Source: Octopus vulgaris (taxonomy: Eukaryota). From it: a stretch of DNA of 64,000 nt. A program made the translations under genes and the position numbers. The notes below the pieces were generated by a model, which was not told where the DNA came from, did not search any database, and was given only the letters and a program-made list of their open reading frames with translations. This document shows positions 1 to 12,500 of this stretch, one piece after another. Positions within the stretch are counted from its first letter, which is position 1; each line of letters opens with the position of its first letter. The stretch is from NCBI GenBank assembly GCA_951406725.2, contig OX597815.1:143282001-143346000 (forward strand), in the 5' to 3' direction.

Positions 1-1289
1 CCCGGGGTCGATTTGCTCGACTAAAGGTGGTGCTCCAGCATGGCCGCAGTCAAATGACTGAAACAAGTAAAAGAGTAAAAGAGTATACCTAACAATACTT
101 TCATTCAAAATAAAACTATAAAGCAAAGTTATAGAAGAAAGAATTAAGTAAACAAAATTCATTTACGAAGTACTACAATGAGAGCTCGAGGAAACTAATG
201 ATTAATAGATGAAAAACTCTTCATAAAACAATCAATTATCATACTTTGCGAATATTCCCGAAATCTTTCCCAGTACACGATTTACGAAAAGGCTTGCGAT
301 AAATATTATATCAAGGGAAGTAACTTTACCAATACATGAAGTTATTTCCCATGTTTGTTTGAAATATTTATTTTCTACAACGATTGATTTTATTTTTAAA
401 AGGCGGTGGTTGGGGAGGGGTTTCTCAACATTGCAATTAAAATTCAAAATTTATTTGCAAATCAACTTTATAAAAAAGAGTATGTTGAACTTAATTCATT
501 GAAAGAATATATGCACTTTTAAATGAATATTTTGTGATAATATCAATTTATGGAAATATCTGATTTTTATCAACTGAAAATCTCAAAACGAAAAATGTTT
601 TTTTTAAATAAAAATTTGAATTTTAAATATCCACACAAATATTGTAGCTTCACTTGAATTTAGAAAGTATCAGCAAATAACTCATGGCTCAATGAGATAT
701 AATTAGTTTCTCTTTTACAAGATCAGGTGGCGTAACGTTCTTGGTGCAGCGATGTTCTTGCAGGAAATCAACGATATGGTGTTAAGTTTTAATCAAATTT
801 TAATTAAAGTTTTAATTTGAATTTCAATTTCAAGAAATCTCTTTTCTATATAAATTATTCGGTTTGAAAACCAGGAATTAGAAGCCGTAGACAAAAAATG
901 TAAAATTTAAAGAAAAACCGAGCTAATAAAATTTTGAAAGATGCAACATAATCTATGAGAAATAATTATAAGATTTCATAAGAATGGGTCTCGTCGAATC
1001 ACAGTGAGATATAAATGATTCTTACAGGATAGAGCAAAACTGAGGGGAAGGCTTTAATCATGGAGAATTTATCATCATACCAGCACTTCAAACTTATGAC
1101 AACTTGCAAGGGTTTCAGAAATAGATTAGTACAGAGGATGTTGGACAAAATAAAAGTGTCCAGGTAATGTATCTAGTTAAGTATAGTCAACCATGAAATT
1201 CAACTGTTTGACGGAAAATAAAAACTAGGAAAAGCGGTTAGGATGGGACCTACCTGGGGGGAAACACTCTACTGAAAGGTGGCGGCAGC

Positions 1290-1557
1290 GGTAGAGGGAG
1301 GGAGGAGAGGAGGAAGAAGAGGAGAAAAGGAGGAGGGGGAAAGGATGAGACAGAGAAAAAGAGGAGCAGGAAGGGGAGAAGAATGAAGAGGGGAGGAGGA
1401 AGAGAAAGGGAAGAGAAAAGAAAGAGGAGGAAAGGAAGGGAGGAAAGGAAGTGGGGAAAGGAAGGGCAAGAAAGGAAGAGGAAGAAAAAGAGGGAGAGAA
1501 AAGGAAGAGGGGCAGGAGGTGGAGGGGAATGATGATGATGATGAGGAGGAGGAGAAG
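1290..1557. repeat. Polypurine (GA-rich) low-complexity tract
   Basis: About 270 nt almost exclusively G and A on the + strand. Confidence 0.9.
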
Positions 1558-1668
1558 ATTTGCTAGCTTCGAGGATCAGACACATTGTGAGGAGGAGCAT
1601 GGCTGTTTTAACTGCGTTATAATCATTCCTCGGATCTATAATACTGTTAGTTCACTTGGCCCTATAAA

Positions 1669-1738
<70 letters not shown>

Positions 1739-3217
1739 ACACTACCTAAACACTGAATAGATCCTTAATGATGTTACCATCGACCTGTCCAGCCCCTAGG
1801 TAAGGCGGCCCTGCTGGGTGAGATAGGAGTGAGTCGTTAAGCGATTTGATGCTAACCATTTGGGTAGCATTTCTTCGGTTGCAGCCTTGCATGTATGTAA
1901 GACAGAGAGAGTGAGAGAGGGAGAGGTGTGAGAGAGGGAGGGTGCTGTGTGCGTGTAGTAACACCGTTCTGAACGTGTGAGCAATACTCGATCTATTTGT
2001 ATGCATATACCAGAACATGTCATAAGTTTTACTGGTGGCTAATTAATTTACGAGTATTTCATTAGCATAGGCGTTCCCTTTCCCCTTCATCTTCTCCTTC
2101 GTAAAATAACAATGAAATACACTCCATAAATCTCACATTAGAGAGAACAGATCAAGAAATCAAAGAGGAGCTGCGTGAACAGGCGACGTCCTAACGACAA
2201 AAGTTAATATCATAGATACAAGGTCACAGGTCTATAGGCAAGGATATAATTGATTAAATTCATCCTAGTACTTTATTTTATTGAATCTGGAAAGAAGAAG
2301 AAATTTACCTCGCTTGTATTTGAACTCAGAACGTAATGGTCCATTCTAAACAAATCAAACTTTAAGATAGAGAAAAAGTAGTCACTAGTTTAAACCTCAA
2401 TACTTGAGTGTTATTTCTGCCAACAACAAACACAGTAATAAAAATAATGGTTTCAATTTTTGGCACAATGCCAGCAATTTCGATGGCTGGGTTAAATAGA
2501 TTAAATCGACTCCAGTGCGCAACTGGTACTTATTTTATCGACTCCGAAAGGATGAAAGGCAAAGTGGACCTCATCGGAATTTGAACTCAGAACATAAATA
2601 CGGACGAAATGCTGTGAAGCATTTTGCCCGACAGGCAAACGATTCTGAGTTTGACTGATTGGAAGAGTTAACATGTACATTCCCTGATGCAGTACTAGAC
2701 AGTGGCTTTCATGGATTCTGATCTTAACTGATTGGAAGTTTTGTCAAGCACATGCGTTTGCTACAGCAAATATTCTACTCCATACCGCAGATTTGCACGT
2801 AAGTTTCTTGAGCTTAACCGCTGAACATGTCCCTTAGTGGCTGACGATATGTGCATCTCTGATCACCAGCAGAGTAAATAGTGGAGGAGCATGGTAGCCA
2901 TATGTTGAGAGGGGTTCTTTGGGGTTTGAATAAGTCACCGATGCAAACATGGAGGTTTCATTCATCATCCTTAACCTTTATTCAGGGATCTTTTGAGCGA
3001 GATGGGTTGTTTGACCTGAAGAAAATTCTAACTGGGTTCCACTTGCAAGATCATGCCCAGTTTATCTTGATATGGGGTCACCATGTCACGTACATATGAT
3101 CGTGATGCTTGTGCCTGGTGAACTCTTATCAGATGGGTAGTCATGATAGGTATATTGGGCTTCGTATATTTGTACCCTACCATCACTGACAACATGCCCT
3201 ACTCTCTCACTCAACAA

Positions 3218-3246
3218 AAACAACCACAACAACAACAACAACAATG

Positions 3247-3290
<44 letters not shown>

Positions 3291-3418
3291 GGATTATCAG
3301 GAGGGTTTTAAGCACTTGAAAGACATCTGAAAACTTGTGAATACCTGAGGTAGTAACCCGCTACCCACATAAATCTTACTACGAATAAGACCGAACCTGA
3401 GCCAAACCAAAATAATGA

Positions 3419-3478
<60 letters not shown>

Positions 3479-3490
3479 CAACAACAATAA
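3218..3490. repeat. (AAC)n/(AAT)n and (AGT)n trinucleotide microsatellites
   Basis: Direct inspection. Confidence 0.9.
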
Positions 3491-6417
3491 TAGTCTCCCG
3501 TGAAATTCGATGGCAAAGGTTAGAACGCTAGAAAATATAACATATCTTGTTTCTTTAAAATTACAAATGAAACCTATTACGTAATTGTTTCTGGCCACCG
3601 ACCAACCTCTCATCCGTTGGATGATGAACATCAACCAAGCTGATAAACCGCATAGGCAATGAATAAGGACAAGACTGCTCAATCCACCAAACGAGCCAAG
3701 GTGGAAAAGCTCCAATCTGCAAGAGCCCATTTCTATGTAGGGCAGTTTATGATGGGAAAAAAAAATCTACTCTGAAATTTGATACTATGTCATGTGATCA
3801 AATTACATGCCACATAGCTTGTTGGGCAGAGATAAACAGGAACAAAACGCATAAAAGGAGGTTTTCGTTAGTTCATTCCTTGGTAGTATTTTCAGAGTAA
3901 AACATGTGATTGGTGTGTGAGTTTCTGAAGGAGTAAAAAATTGAATACATCGGCCTGATTGAGAGGGAATAGAAAAAATCGCCCCAAACCAGAAGTTGAT
4001 ACGCCACTAATTACGACGCAATTAGATATATACATAAAGATGCAGTCTGTTTTCTAATGTGTGTGCGGAAGTTCACTGCGATGGTCAGATTCCGATATCT
4101 TACAGAGGCTTCTAGGGTTTGTTAAACACTACGCTTCTGTTGATTATCCATTTTCTTACTTCTAGCAATTATTATAGCGTATACGTGCCCGAGATAGGAT
4201 ACTTACCTTATTCTGGAGGTAGGGGCAGATTCTGAATTCTTTTTATCGTATAGCCAGGTGAAAGACAGTGCCTACGTCATTTGCGGGGCTTCCCAGATTG
4301 AAAATAGTAACGAAGAGGAAACAATCATACAATCGTTGCTATCGTAAGAAGGGATACCGAGTTAACTCCAGACAGACAGAAGAACTGGTACCGATATTTT
4401 GTAGAAGAATGAACCCTGCTGAAGATTTCCAAACACCAAGTGGTCATATCAAATAGGGAAATATCTAAAGTATGTTATAAATTAAAAACTATAGTTGATG
4501 TTAGTAAATTTAGATCCGAGTCCCAAAAGTACGAATAACAAAAATATTTCAAATGTAGTGGACGGAGAAGACGAAAGACATTTCAGCTAAGACTTAACAG
4601 CGTATGCGGCCAAATACTATTTCTTCGATATTTAACGCGTACATTGCATTTTATTGTTTGTCCTCTCTGTGTTTAGCCCCTTGTGGGTAGTTAAGAAATA
4701 GGTATTTAGTCTGCCGCTACGTTCTGAGTTCAAATTCCGCCGAGGTCGACTTTGCCTTTCATCCTTTCGGGGTCGATAAATTAAGTACCAGTTATGCACT
4801 GGGGTCGATATAATCGACTTAATCCGTTTGTCTGTCCTTGTTTGTCCCCTCTGTGTTTAGCCACTTGTGGGCAGTAAAGAAATAAGTATTTCGCCCGTCG
4901 CTACATTCTGAATTCAAATTCCGCCAAGGTCGACTTTGCCTTTCATTATTTCAAGGTCGATAAACTAAGTACCAGTGAAACATTGGGGTTGATATAATCG
5001 ACTAGTCCCCTCCCCCAAAATTTCAGGCCTTGTGGCTATAGTAAAAAAGGATTATATGTAGCAATAACAATATGATCAGGTCTCAAGTCCATATATTCGT
5101 TATTCAAAATATTTACAATACTATTAGCAATCACTGGTTTTTTAGAATAACTAAGCTGAAAAAAGAAGTACGAATAACTAATTTTCTTATGCTTCTTACT
5201 GTAATAAATGATTACAATTCCTAAAACTGGTTTCTCCTTTTCCTTTTCCTTTTTCGGTGTTACTGAAATATCATTGGCTTCAACTAGCAACAAGTTGAAT
5301 TTCCATTTTCTTTATCACTAATTAGATCTTCTTCAAAACATTCCCAGTCAACAGTTTGAAGAGAAAATCTAATTGGCAATATTGGTGCAGTTTTATTTTT
5401 GACATCATTTGAGTATCTTTGTTCACATTTTTAAAAATATCTACTAAATGATCGTATGTTTTGACTAATGAATAGCTATGAATATTTAATGCAACACTGC
5501 CTTCAGTCTTTACACAGTCATCATTTATTCATTCTGTGTCGTCGTTGTTGTAGTTCATGTTAGTGTTGTTGTTATTCATTTAAGTATTGCTGACGTTATT
5601 CGTGGGTTTTGTTGATTTTGCACGTTGTTATTCTCATTAGTGGGTTTTTGTTTTTTGCAATTAAGAATTATTTTTGTGTTATTCGTTTTCGTGCTGTGAC
5701 AAGGAATATTTTTTGTTGACAATAAAAAAAAAATTAGTTTTGTCTCGTTGCTTCAAATGAACAGCAACAACACAAACAGTTTTCAATCGCAAAAACTGTC
5801 CCTTTGACAAAAAGAAAACGTCGATGATGACGACGGAGAGCCTGATGAACTGAAACAATGCTTTTTAATTACACTACAGAAACAACATTACTTGGAAGTC
5901 ATCTACAGCTTGGTAAAGTTCATCTGGCACGTTAAAAATAAAAGGTGGAATTGACACAAATTAATTTGTACATCCAACTTAAACTAGATGTTTTGTTTTG
6001 AACGTTGTAAGTTGTGGTAATAGTCCTGAGAAATTTTGTCGTATAGAATATCCAATGCTAAAAAAAAAGGCATAGATTATATCGGTGGATGAAATTTCGT
6101 CGACACCGGCGGATGGGACTGTTATATCACGTGATTTCAGTGTAAATTGCGCTTTGTCAGCAACAGGCTCTACAACCGAATACTGGATCGAAAATCCGTC
6201 GAACCGATACAGTTTAATACTACCTAAACAATCTGTGCTTTAATAGCATCTAACGTATATACGAGATGATTCCTTAGGATGATTACCGCAGTATACGGCG
6301 TCCAAAGCAGCATATCCAATTTATGTTGGATGTGCATACAAAGTTTGCTTCTGTCGCTTTTAGCTAAGTTATACACAGCCCGCCAGTTTTCTGCAACATC
6401 ACTTTTCATAAAGATCT

Positions 6418-6806
6418 GTGTGGAAGCACTCCGTCGGTTACGACGACGAGGGTTCCGGTTGATCCAATCAACGGAACAGCCTGCTCGTGAAATTAACGTG
6501 CAAGTGGCTGAGCACTCCACAGACACGTGTACCCTTAACGTAGTTCTCGGGGATATTCAGCGTGGCACAGAGAGTGACAAGGCCGGCCCTTTGAAATACA
6601 AGGTACAACAGAAACAGGAAGTAAGAGTGAGAGAAAGTTGTGGTGAAAGAGTACAGCAGGGATCACCACCATCCCTGCCGGAGCCTCGTGGAGCTTCTTA
6701 GGTGTTTTCGCCCTATAAACACTCACAACGCCCGGTCTGGGAATCAAAACCGCGATCCTACGACCGCGAGTCCGCTACCCTAACCACTGGGCCATTGCGC
6801 CTCCAC
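6418..6806 (-). mobile_element. tRNA-derived SINE (head 1, tail A) with 11-bp TSD
   Basis: TSD cataaagatct at 6407-6417 and 6807-6817; A-box tggcccagtgg and B-box-like ggttttgattccc. Confidence 0.88.
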
Positions 6807-7051
6807 CATAAAGATCTAACGTTTGAAACGTTAAGATTCTTTCCCTTCTTTTAGGTATTAAGCTAATTCAATATTTGTTAAAGCTTGTCCCTCTTGTCTT
6901 GTTTTTTTTTTCTCTTTTTCTTTAGCTCATTACTTTTGGAATATATTTTTAACGCTTACGTGGACATCTGGTACATACATACACATACATACACACACAC
7001 ACACACACCTAGCACCTACATTCATATATATATATATATATACATATATTT

Positions 7052-7351
7052 GTGGAGGCGCAATGACCCAGTGGTTAGGGCAGCGGATTCGCGGTCGTAG
7101 GATCACGGTTTCGATTCCCAGACCGGGCGTTGTGAGTGTTTATTGAGCGAAAACACCTAATTCTCCACGAGGCTCCGGCAGGAGGTGGTGATCCCTGCTG
7201 TACTCTTTCGCCACAACTTTCTGTCACTCTTTCTTCTGTTGGCTTGCTCGCTTAGCTAGCGGGGTGGCGTCATTTGAAGGCTAAAACAATGCGAAGCGCA
7301 TTGTGACCAGCGATGTGTAACAACATCTAATAGCCTGGTCGGTCACGGTGA
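7052..7351 (+). mobile_element. tRNA-derived SINE (head 1, tail B)
   Basis: gtggaggcgcaatgacccagtggttagg...ggtttcgattccc head, homologous to 6418-6806; different 3' part. Confidence 0.85.
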
Positions 7352-7529
7352 TATATATATTTAGGGTTCAGGTTTTATTGAACCCTAATTATATAACGTA
7401 ATGTTTTAAATATACCGTAAATGGTCTTTTTACATACTGAACACTACTTGGTAAAATAATTAAATAATAATTAATTAATTTTACCCTTTTATTATTGACT
7501 ATATATATATATATACATACATACATACA

Positions 7530-7562
<33 letters not shown>

Positions 7563-8929
7563 TATATATACACACGCACACATATACACACACGCATATG
7601 TATATCTAACGTTAGTCAAAATGTTTGTCTTCGGTTTCTTTAATGCTTTATATTTGTATTACACTTAGTTCAAACAAAAAAAAAAATTCTTTGGAAATTG
7701 AGAAATTTGGTACAAGAGGGTTACATGAACATTCTTTAACTAGAACAATTCAAGTCGACTTGCAAGTCGGCACCTGGAGAAATATGTCCATTCTAGACAT
7801 TATTTATTGCTCGACCAGTGATTGATGTTTGGTTCGGTCTAGACCTCTAGAAGAAAGACCTTTGACAAAGTTACAAGCGGTGTGGCTAATCTTGCCCAGA
7901 AATGAGGGGGAAAGTTTAAAAACAGCAAAAGCACTCACTCCCTAGACTCAATCTGGTTAACGTACATTTAACAGGTTGCATTTTATAAAGTTAGACAGTC
8001 TGATTCCCTCTACAGGAACTGATCTCATTTGTCATAAGGTCTGACTGTTGCCAACACTCTATATATATAATAAATTCCTATTGTTCATATTATCGTCTCT
8101 GATACTTCTCGTGAAACTACTGCAGCAAAGAGAATGGCGCCAATTCCATATAATCATTTTATCAGATGCTGTCATTCTACGAGCGAGCGTTTTAGAAACG
8201 TTAGAACTGTTTGTGTGTTAGAAATCCTCTGACGTTGGAATACTATATTGGCAGCAAAGTCGACGCAATATTAAAGAGATGTTCGCTATAAGAGCGTTTC
8301 CATCTCTCTTCAAATGTGTGTTGTGTTTTGGTTTAAAAAAACCATTATTTTTCCAATCCAAGCTTTGGTCAGACCAGGATGACATAACAAGGATCGAGAT
8401 AGCATAACGGTGAATATATTTTCCTAAATATTATTTGTATCTGTAACATGACTAACCATGCATATGCAGAGGGAGAAATGGAAGTAGATAGAAGTTAACA
8501 TCTCTATTTACTTCTTTCACTATTTTCAGTCATTAAGACTGCGGCCATGCTGGGGCACCGTCTTGAATTCTTAGTTGACTGAATCGACCCCGGTATTTAT
8601 TTATTCTTCTAAGGCCGGGTGCCTATCCTATCGGTCTCTTTCACCGAACCGCTAAGCTACGGGTACGTAAACACACCAACACCAGTTGTGAAGTGGTGGG
8701 GAGAGGGACAAAATGACACACGCACATAGATATATACGACGGGCTTCTTTTAGTTTCCGTCTTCCAAATCCACGCACAAAGCTTTAGTCAGCCCGAGGCT
8801 ATAGTAGAAGACACTTCACGCACGCAGTGGGACTGAACCCGGAACCATGTGGTTAGAAAGCAAACTTTTTACCTCACAGCCACGCCTGCGTTTGCTAGTA
8901 TATTGACAGATAGATAAATTGATTCACTA

Positions 8930-8980
<51 letters not shown>

Positions 8981-9036
8981 CATACATACATACATACATA
9001 CATACATACATACATACATACATACATACATTATTA

Positions 9037-9393
9037 TGGCTGCCCCCTCGTTATCGAGTATGGCCATTGCACGAAGCTTAACTGTTACTGGTGCTGTGAT
9101 CAAATGTGACTTTTTAGCCCAGCTAGAGATCTACAATGTCTTGTACAAAATTGGCAACTAAAACCTTTACTAGTAATAGCCGGCTGTAGTTGTAACTAGG
9201 CTTCATGTACCTTTGCATGTCGTTTAAGTCCTCCTGCCGAATTACACTCTCTTCCACATGCCCGACAGATATGATTAGTATGGTGGCCAGGTTGTCACTC
9301 ATCTGTCTCGTTTTATGACTACGAAGATGACTCATGAGTCCAGCTTTACTGAGGCAGGGTCTTGCACAGACATTGCATGTCAGAATCAAAGGA
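9037..9393 (-). mobile_element. 3' end of RTE-type LINE encoding three C2H2 zinc fingers, inserted in a (TACA)n array
   Basis: CNVCARPCLSKAGLMSHLRSH, CRACGRECNSAGGLKRHAKVH and CQFCTRHCRSLAGLKSHI (one frameshift, one stop); 3' terminus shared with 62205-62700. Confidence 0.65.
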
Positions 9394-9442
9394 AGACATA
9401 CATACATACATACATACATACATACATACATACATACATACA

Positions 9443-9473
<31 letters not shown>

Positions 9474-10856
9474 GTAACTATATGCATGAGAATGCATACA
9501 TAAAACAAAACATATAAATCTGCACGTATACATATTTACGCATATACAAAAATACCGTGTTGATGTTGTTGAAATTCAAATAAAGGAGCCTTGGATCTAG
9601 ATTAGGAACCGACTCTTTCTCTGTTAGGAAGAAATTTTGAAATAAAACTGAATTATGACATACATATAAATATCTATTAAAATATACGCATCAATCATTA
9701 TTCAAAATTAGAATTTTCTTTGCACAGTGGTCTGTTGTGACAGGAAGGAGTAAATTTCTGGTCATCTCATGATCACTGTTGTCCATCGATGGGAGAACAT
9801 CCCCACTTTCAAGCCACACTCTCTTGCAACGCAAGCTGACCAAACACTTTACAGAATTTTAGCTCTGCTTGCAGGGCTTAACAGTGGTACCTATTTGGAA
9901 TTATGTAGAGTTATACGATAGTATTCTGGTATCTTGACCATGGCATATTAGGTTGAAGTATATACCCCTGTGATACAAACCTGTAGTTAGGTGGATTGAA
10001 CTTTTTTCTTGAAAATACATTAAACGGCGTCCGGGAGTTCATGAACTCTAAGGTGCATGGAGTTACCACTTCGTCACCACTTCTCAAGGTCCACTCTGGT
10101 CCGGGAAGTAATTCTTAAGGACTCCAGATATTGGTCAAGTAGTAGACGATTTTGTGACTAAAGCTTACTGGAATCGAGGGAGAGCTTTTTCCTAGACATA
10201 TGTCGCACAAACCCATTGGTGCATGGACATATTCTGCTGTTAGATAAACAAATCCTACGTAAGGGTTAGATAACGCCTATGTCTCAAGAGTGAGATTGTG
10301 TGATTAGAAAACTAACAGGGTACACTCTAATTTCCAGCAAATACAGCCTCTACTGTATCTTTCCCAAAAAAAAATCGTGAATATCAGACTTTGGCATGGA
10401 ATCCATGCTTGTTAACGTCTATAGATATGGAACAAGAATGAGAAATACTGCACCAATACTATTTTGTAGCATTAGGTCAGGCCCCTGTATTCATTGATTT
10501 TTCTCTCCTCCGCGTTACAGGCGACGACACCCGGGTTTGAAACAATTTGTAACATGTAATATATGTTGATATTGATTACAGCGCCATCAATTCATCGCAC
10601 GAGAGTTCACCGCCATCAATTCACCGTGAAGAAAATTTACTGTGAACTCTAGAGATTAAAAATAAGGTTTATTTATTTTTTTTTTTTTTTTTACTGTGAA
10701 CTTATCTCTCCGTAAACTTTCCTTGTGGTGAGCTTTCCTCATAGTGAACATTCTTACAATGAACTGTCTTTGCAGTGAACGGTAAACTTACTGAACATAG
10801 TTGATATTTGATTTTCTTCCCCATAAACAGTATTGTTCTTTTTAAAAGGGTAACTT

Positions 10857-10916
<60 letters not shown>

Positions 10917-10934
10917 ATGTCTGTATGTATACGC

Positions 10935-11090
10935 GTAGCCACTACACACTTTTTTTTTCTGTGTCCCTTTCTGTAGAAGAGCGTAGGCTCGAAACGTAAA
11001 AGACTTCTTCAATTCCCGAGCGTTATACTAATGCATCTGTTTGTTTTCTACACCACCTGTCTTCATCTTTTTTTTTTTTCGTGAACTCTC

Positions 11091-11093
<3 letters not shown>
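10935..11093 (+). mobile_element. Short Penelope-terminus-like repeat with hammerhead-like core; reverse copy at ~60792-60962
   Basis: Both copies contain ctgtagaagagcgtaggctcgaaac and abut a (TA)n array. Confidence 0.55.
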
Positions 11094-11144
<51 letters not shown>

Positions 11145-11190
11145 GCATAAATTTATTTGTTTATTTGTATCTACATCCGTAAACAAATAG

Positions 11191-11353
11191 ATGAGTTTGG
11201 ACTCAATGAAATGCGCACACACATCACACCCAAGAAAGATCGATTATTCGATTAACAGTGACAGAAACAGAAAATCTGTTTATAAAGATGTGTGTAACAA
11301 ACGTGAAGGCGGATCGGAGAGTGATTATCAGATCTACAAGTTCCTTTTGGTAG
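11191..11353 (+). CDS. Rab27: Rab27-like small GTPase, coding exon 1 (MSLDSMKCAH...SESDYQIYKFLLVG)
   Basis: ATG at 11191 opens a frame ending in the Rab beta1 motif DYQIYKFLLVG, followed by the donor G|GTAAGT at 11354. Phase 1 joins exon 2 to build the P-loop. The ATG directly follows an AG, so an upstream exon is possible. Confidence 0.8.
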
Positions 11354-11424
11354 GTAAGTAGGCTCTCTCACTTATATTGCTTATAATAACTCTTATAATG
11401 TTTACTTATACATAACTTACTAAA

Positions 11425-11483
<59 letters not shown>

Positions 11484-11527
11484 TGTCTAAGATACACCTC
11501 TCATTAATTAATAATTACTGATCCCAG

Positions 11528-11930
11528 TAAGGCGGCGAGCTGGCAGAAACGTTAGCACGCCGGGCGAAGTGCGTAGCCGTATTTCGTCTGCGGTTACGTT
11601 CTGAGTTCAAATTCCGCCAAGGTCGACTTTGCCTTTCATCCTTTCGGGATCGATAAATAAAGTACCAGTTACGCACTAGGGTCGATATAATCGACTTAAT
11701 CCGTTTGTCTGTCCTTGTTTGTCCTCTCTGTGTTTAGCCCCTTGTGGGTAGTAAAGAAATAAGTATTTCGTCTGTCCTCACATTCTGAGTTCAAATTCCG
11801 CCGAGGTCGACTTCGCCTTTCATATTTTCATGGTCGATAGAATAAGTACCAGTCGAGCATTGAGGTCGATATTATCAACTTACCCACTTCCCTGAAGTTT
11901 CTGGCCTTGTGCTAAAATTTGAAAGCAATA
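11528..11930 (+). mobile_element. Abundant dimeric SINE with Nin/Deu-like core; other copies at ~2447-2647(-), 4655-5055(+), 14400-15015(-), 20448-20647(+), 26415-26632(+), 41655-41845(-), 61562-61747(-), 63225-63397(-)
   Basis: Head ggcggcgagctggcagaa..gagttcaaattcc and core ggtcgactttgcctttcatcctttcggggtcgataaa..agtacca recur throughout the window. Confidence 0.85.
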
Positions 11931-12084
11931 ATTATTATCTAATGATGCTGTCGTCACACTAGTTTACCGTTACAGCTAAATTCTAATCTGTGTTTTATTT
12001 AAATAGTTATTTACTATATATGTCTATATCGTGAGCAGAAATATGAAACGAGTACTTGTCCTTTGGTGGTATGCTCTACACTGC

Positions 12085-12500
12085 TAACAGATTAACCTGT
12101 ATGAGCTGAGCATGTTTTTCGCTGGCAGAAGAAACCAGCCAATGCAAGTCCTAAAGAAACTCATGTTGATCCCTTTTTCGGCAGCAAAGGCATCACTTAC
12201 ATCCACTGGGCTCATTTTTGCAAGACGGTTCACAAAGAGTGTTTCGTGAAGGTTTTGAGGGAGCTCAGGAACAAATTTCGTTGCAAGAAGCCAGAGCTCT
12301 TCCACTCGGGTCGGTGGCACCTGCACCTGGACAATCCACCAACCTGCAAATTCCATTCTGGTAACAAACTACTTGTTGGTGATGGGCATCAAACCTGTCC
12401 CTCACCCTCCCTACACCCCAGACCTTGCTCCCTTTGACTTTTTGTTGCTCTCCAAGCTGAAGGAGAACCTCAGGAGCAGTCGTTTTGAAGACATTATATA
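12085..12500 (+). mobile_element. Mariner transposase remnant
   Basis: KKLMLIPF..SKGI, VLRELRNKFRCKKPELFHSGRWHLHLDN, and after a frameshift PHPPYTPDLAPFDF (canonical HDNA and YSPDLAPxDF). Confidence 0.85.

Noticed and set aside
2650-3410. Probable old retroelement-derived sequence
   Set aside because: Could not assign motifs or boundaries well enough to report as a feature.
4655-5055. Regularly repeated blocks suggestive of a CRISPR-like array
   Set aside because: Tandem SINE units with homologous intervening sequence; eukaryotic context, no unique spacers.
5841-5860. ctgatgaactgaaac hammerhead-like core
   Set aside because: No room for stem II and no flanking stems found.
6279-6701. 140-aa ORF and similar ORFs at 6224, 25109 and 21316
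   Set aside because: They lie over SINE sequence repeated elsewhere in the window.
7052-7125. tRNA-like sequences with A and B boxes (also ~24890, ~25620, ~16130)
   Set aside because: They are SINE heads continuing into repeat bodies, several with TSDs; no complete cloverleaf acceptor stem seen.
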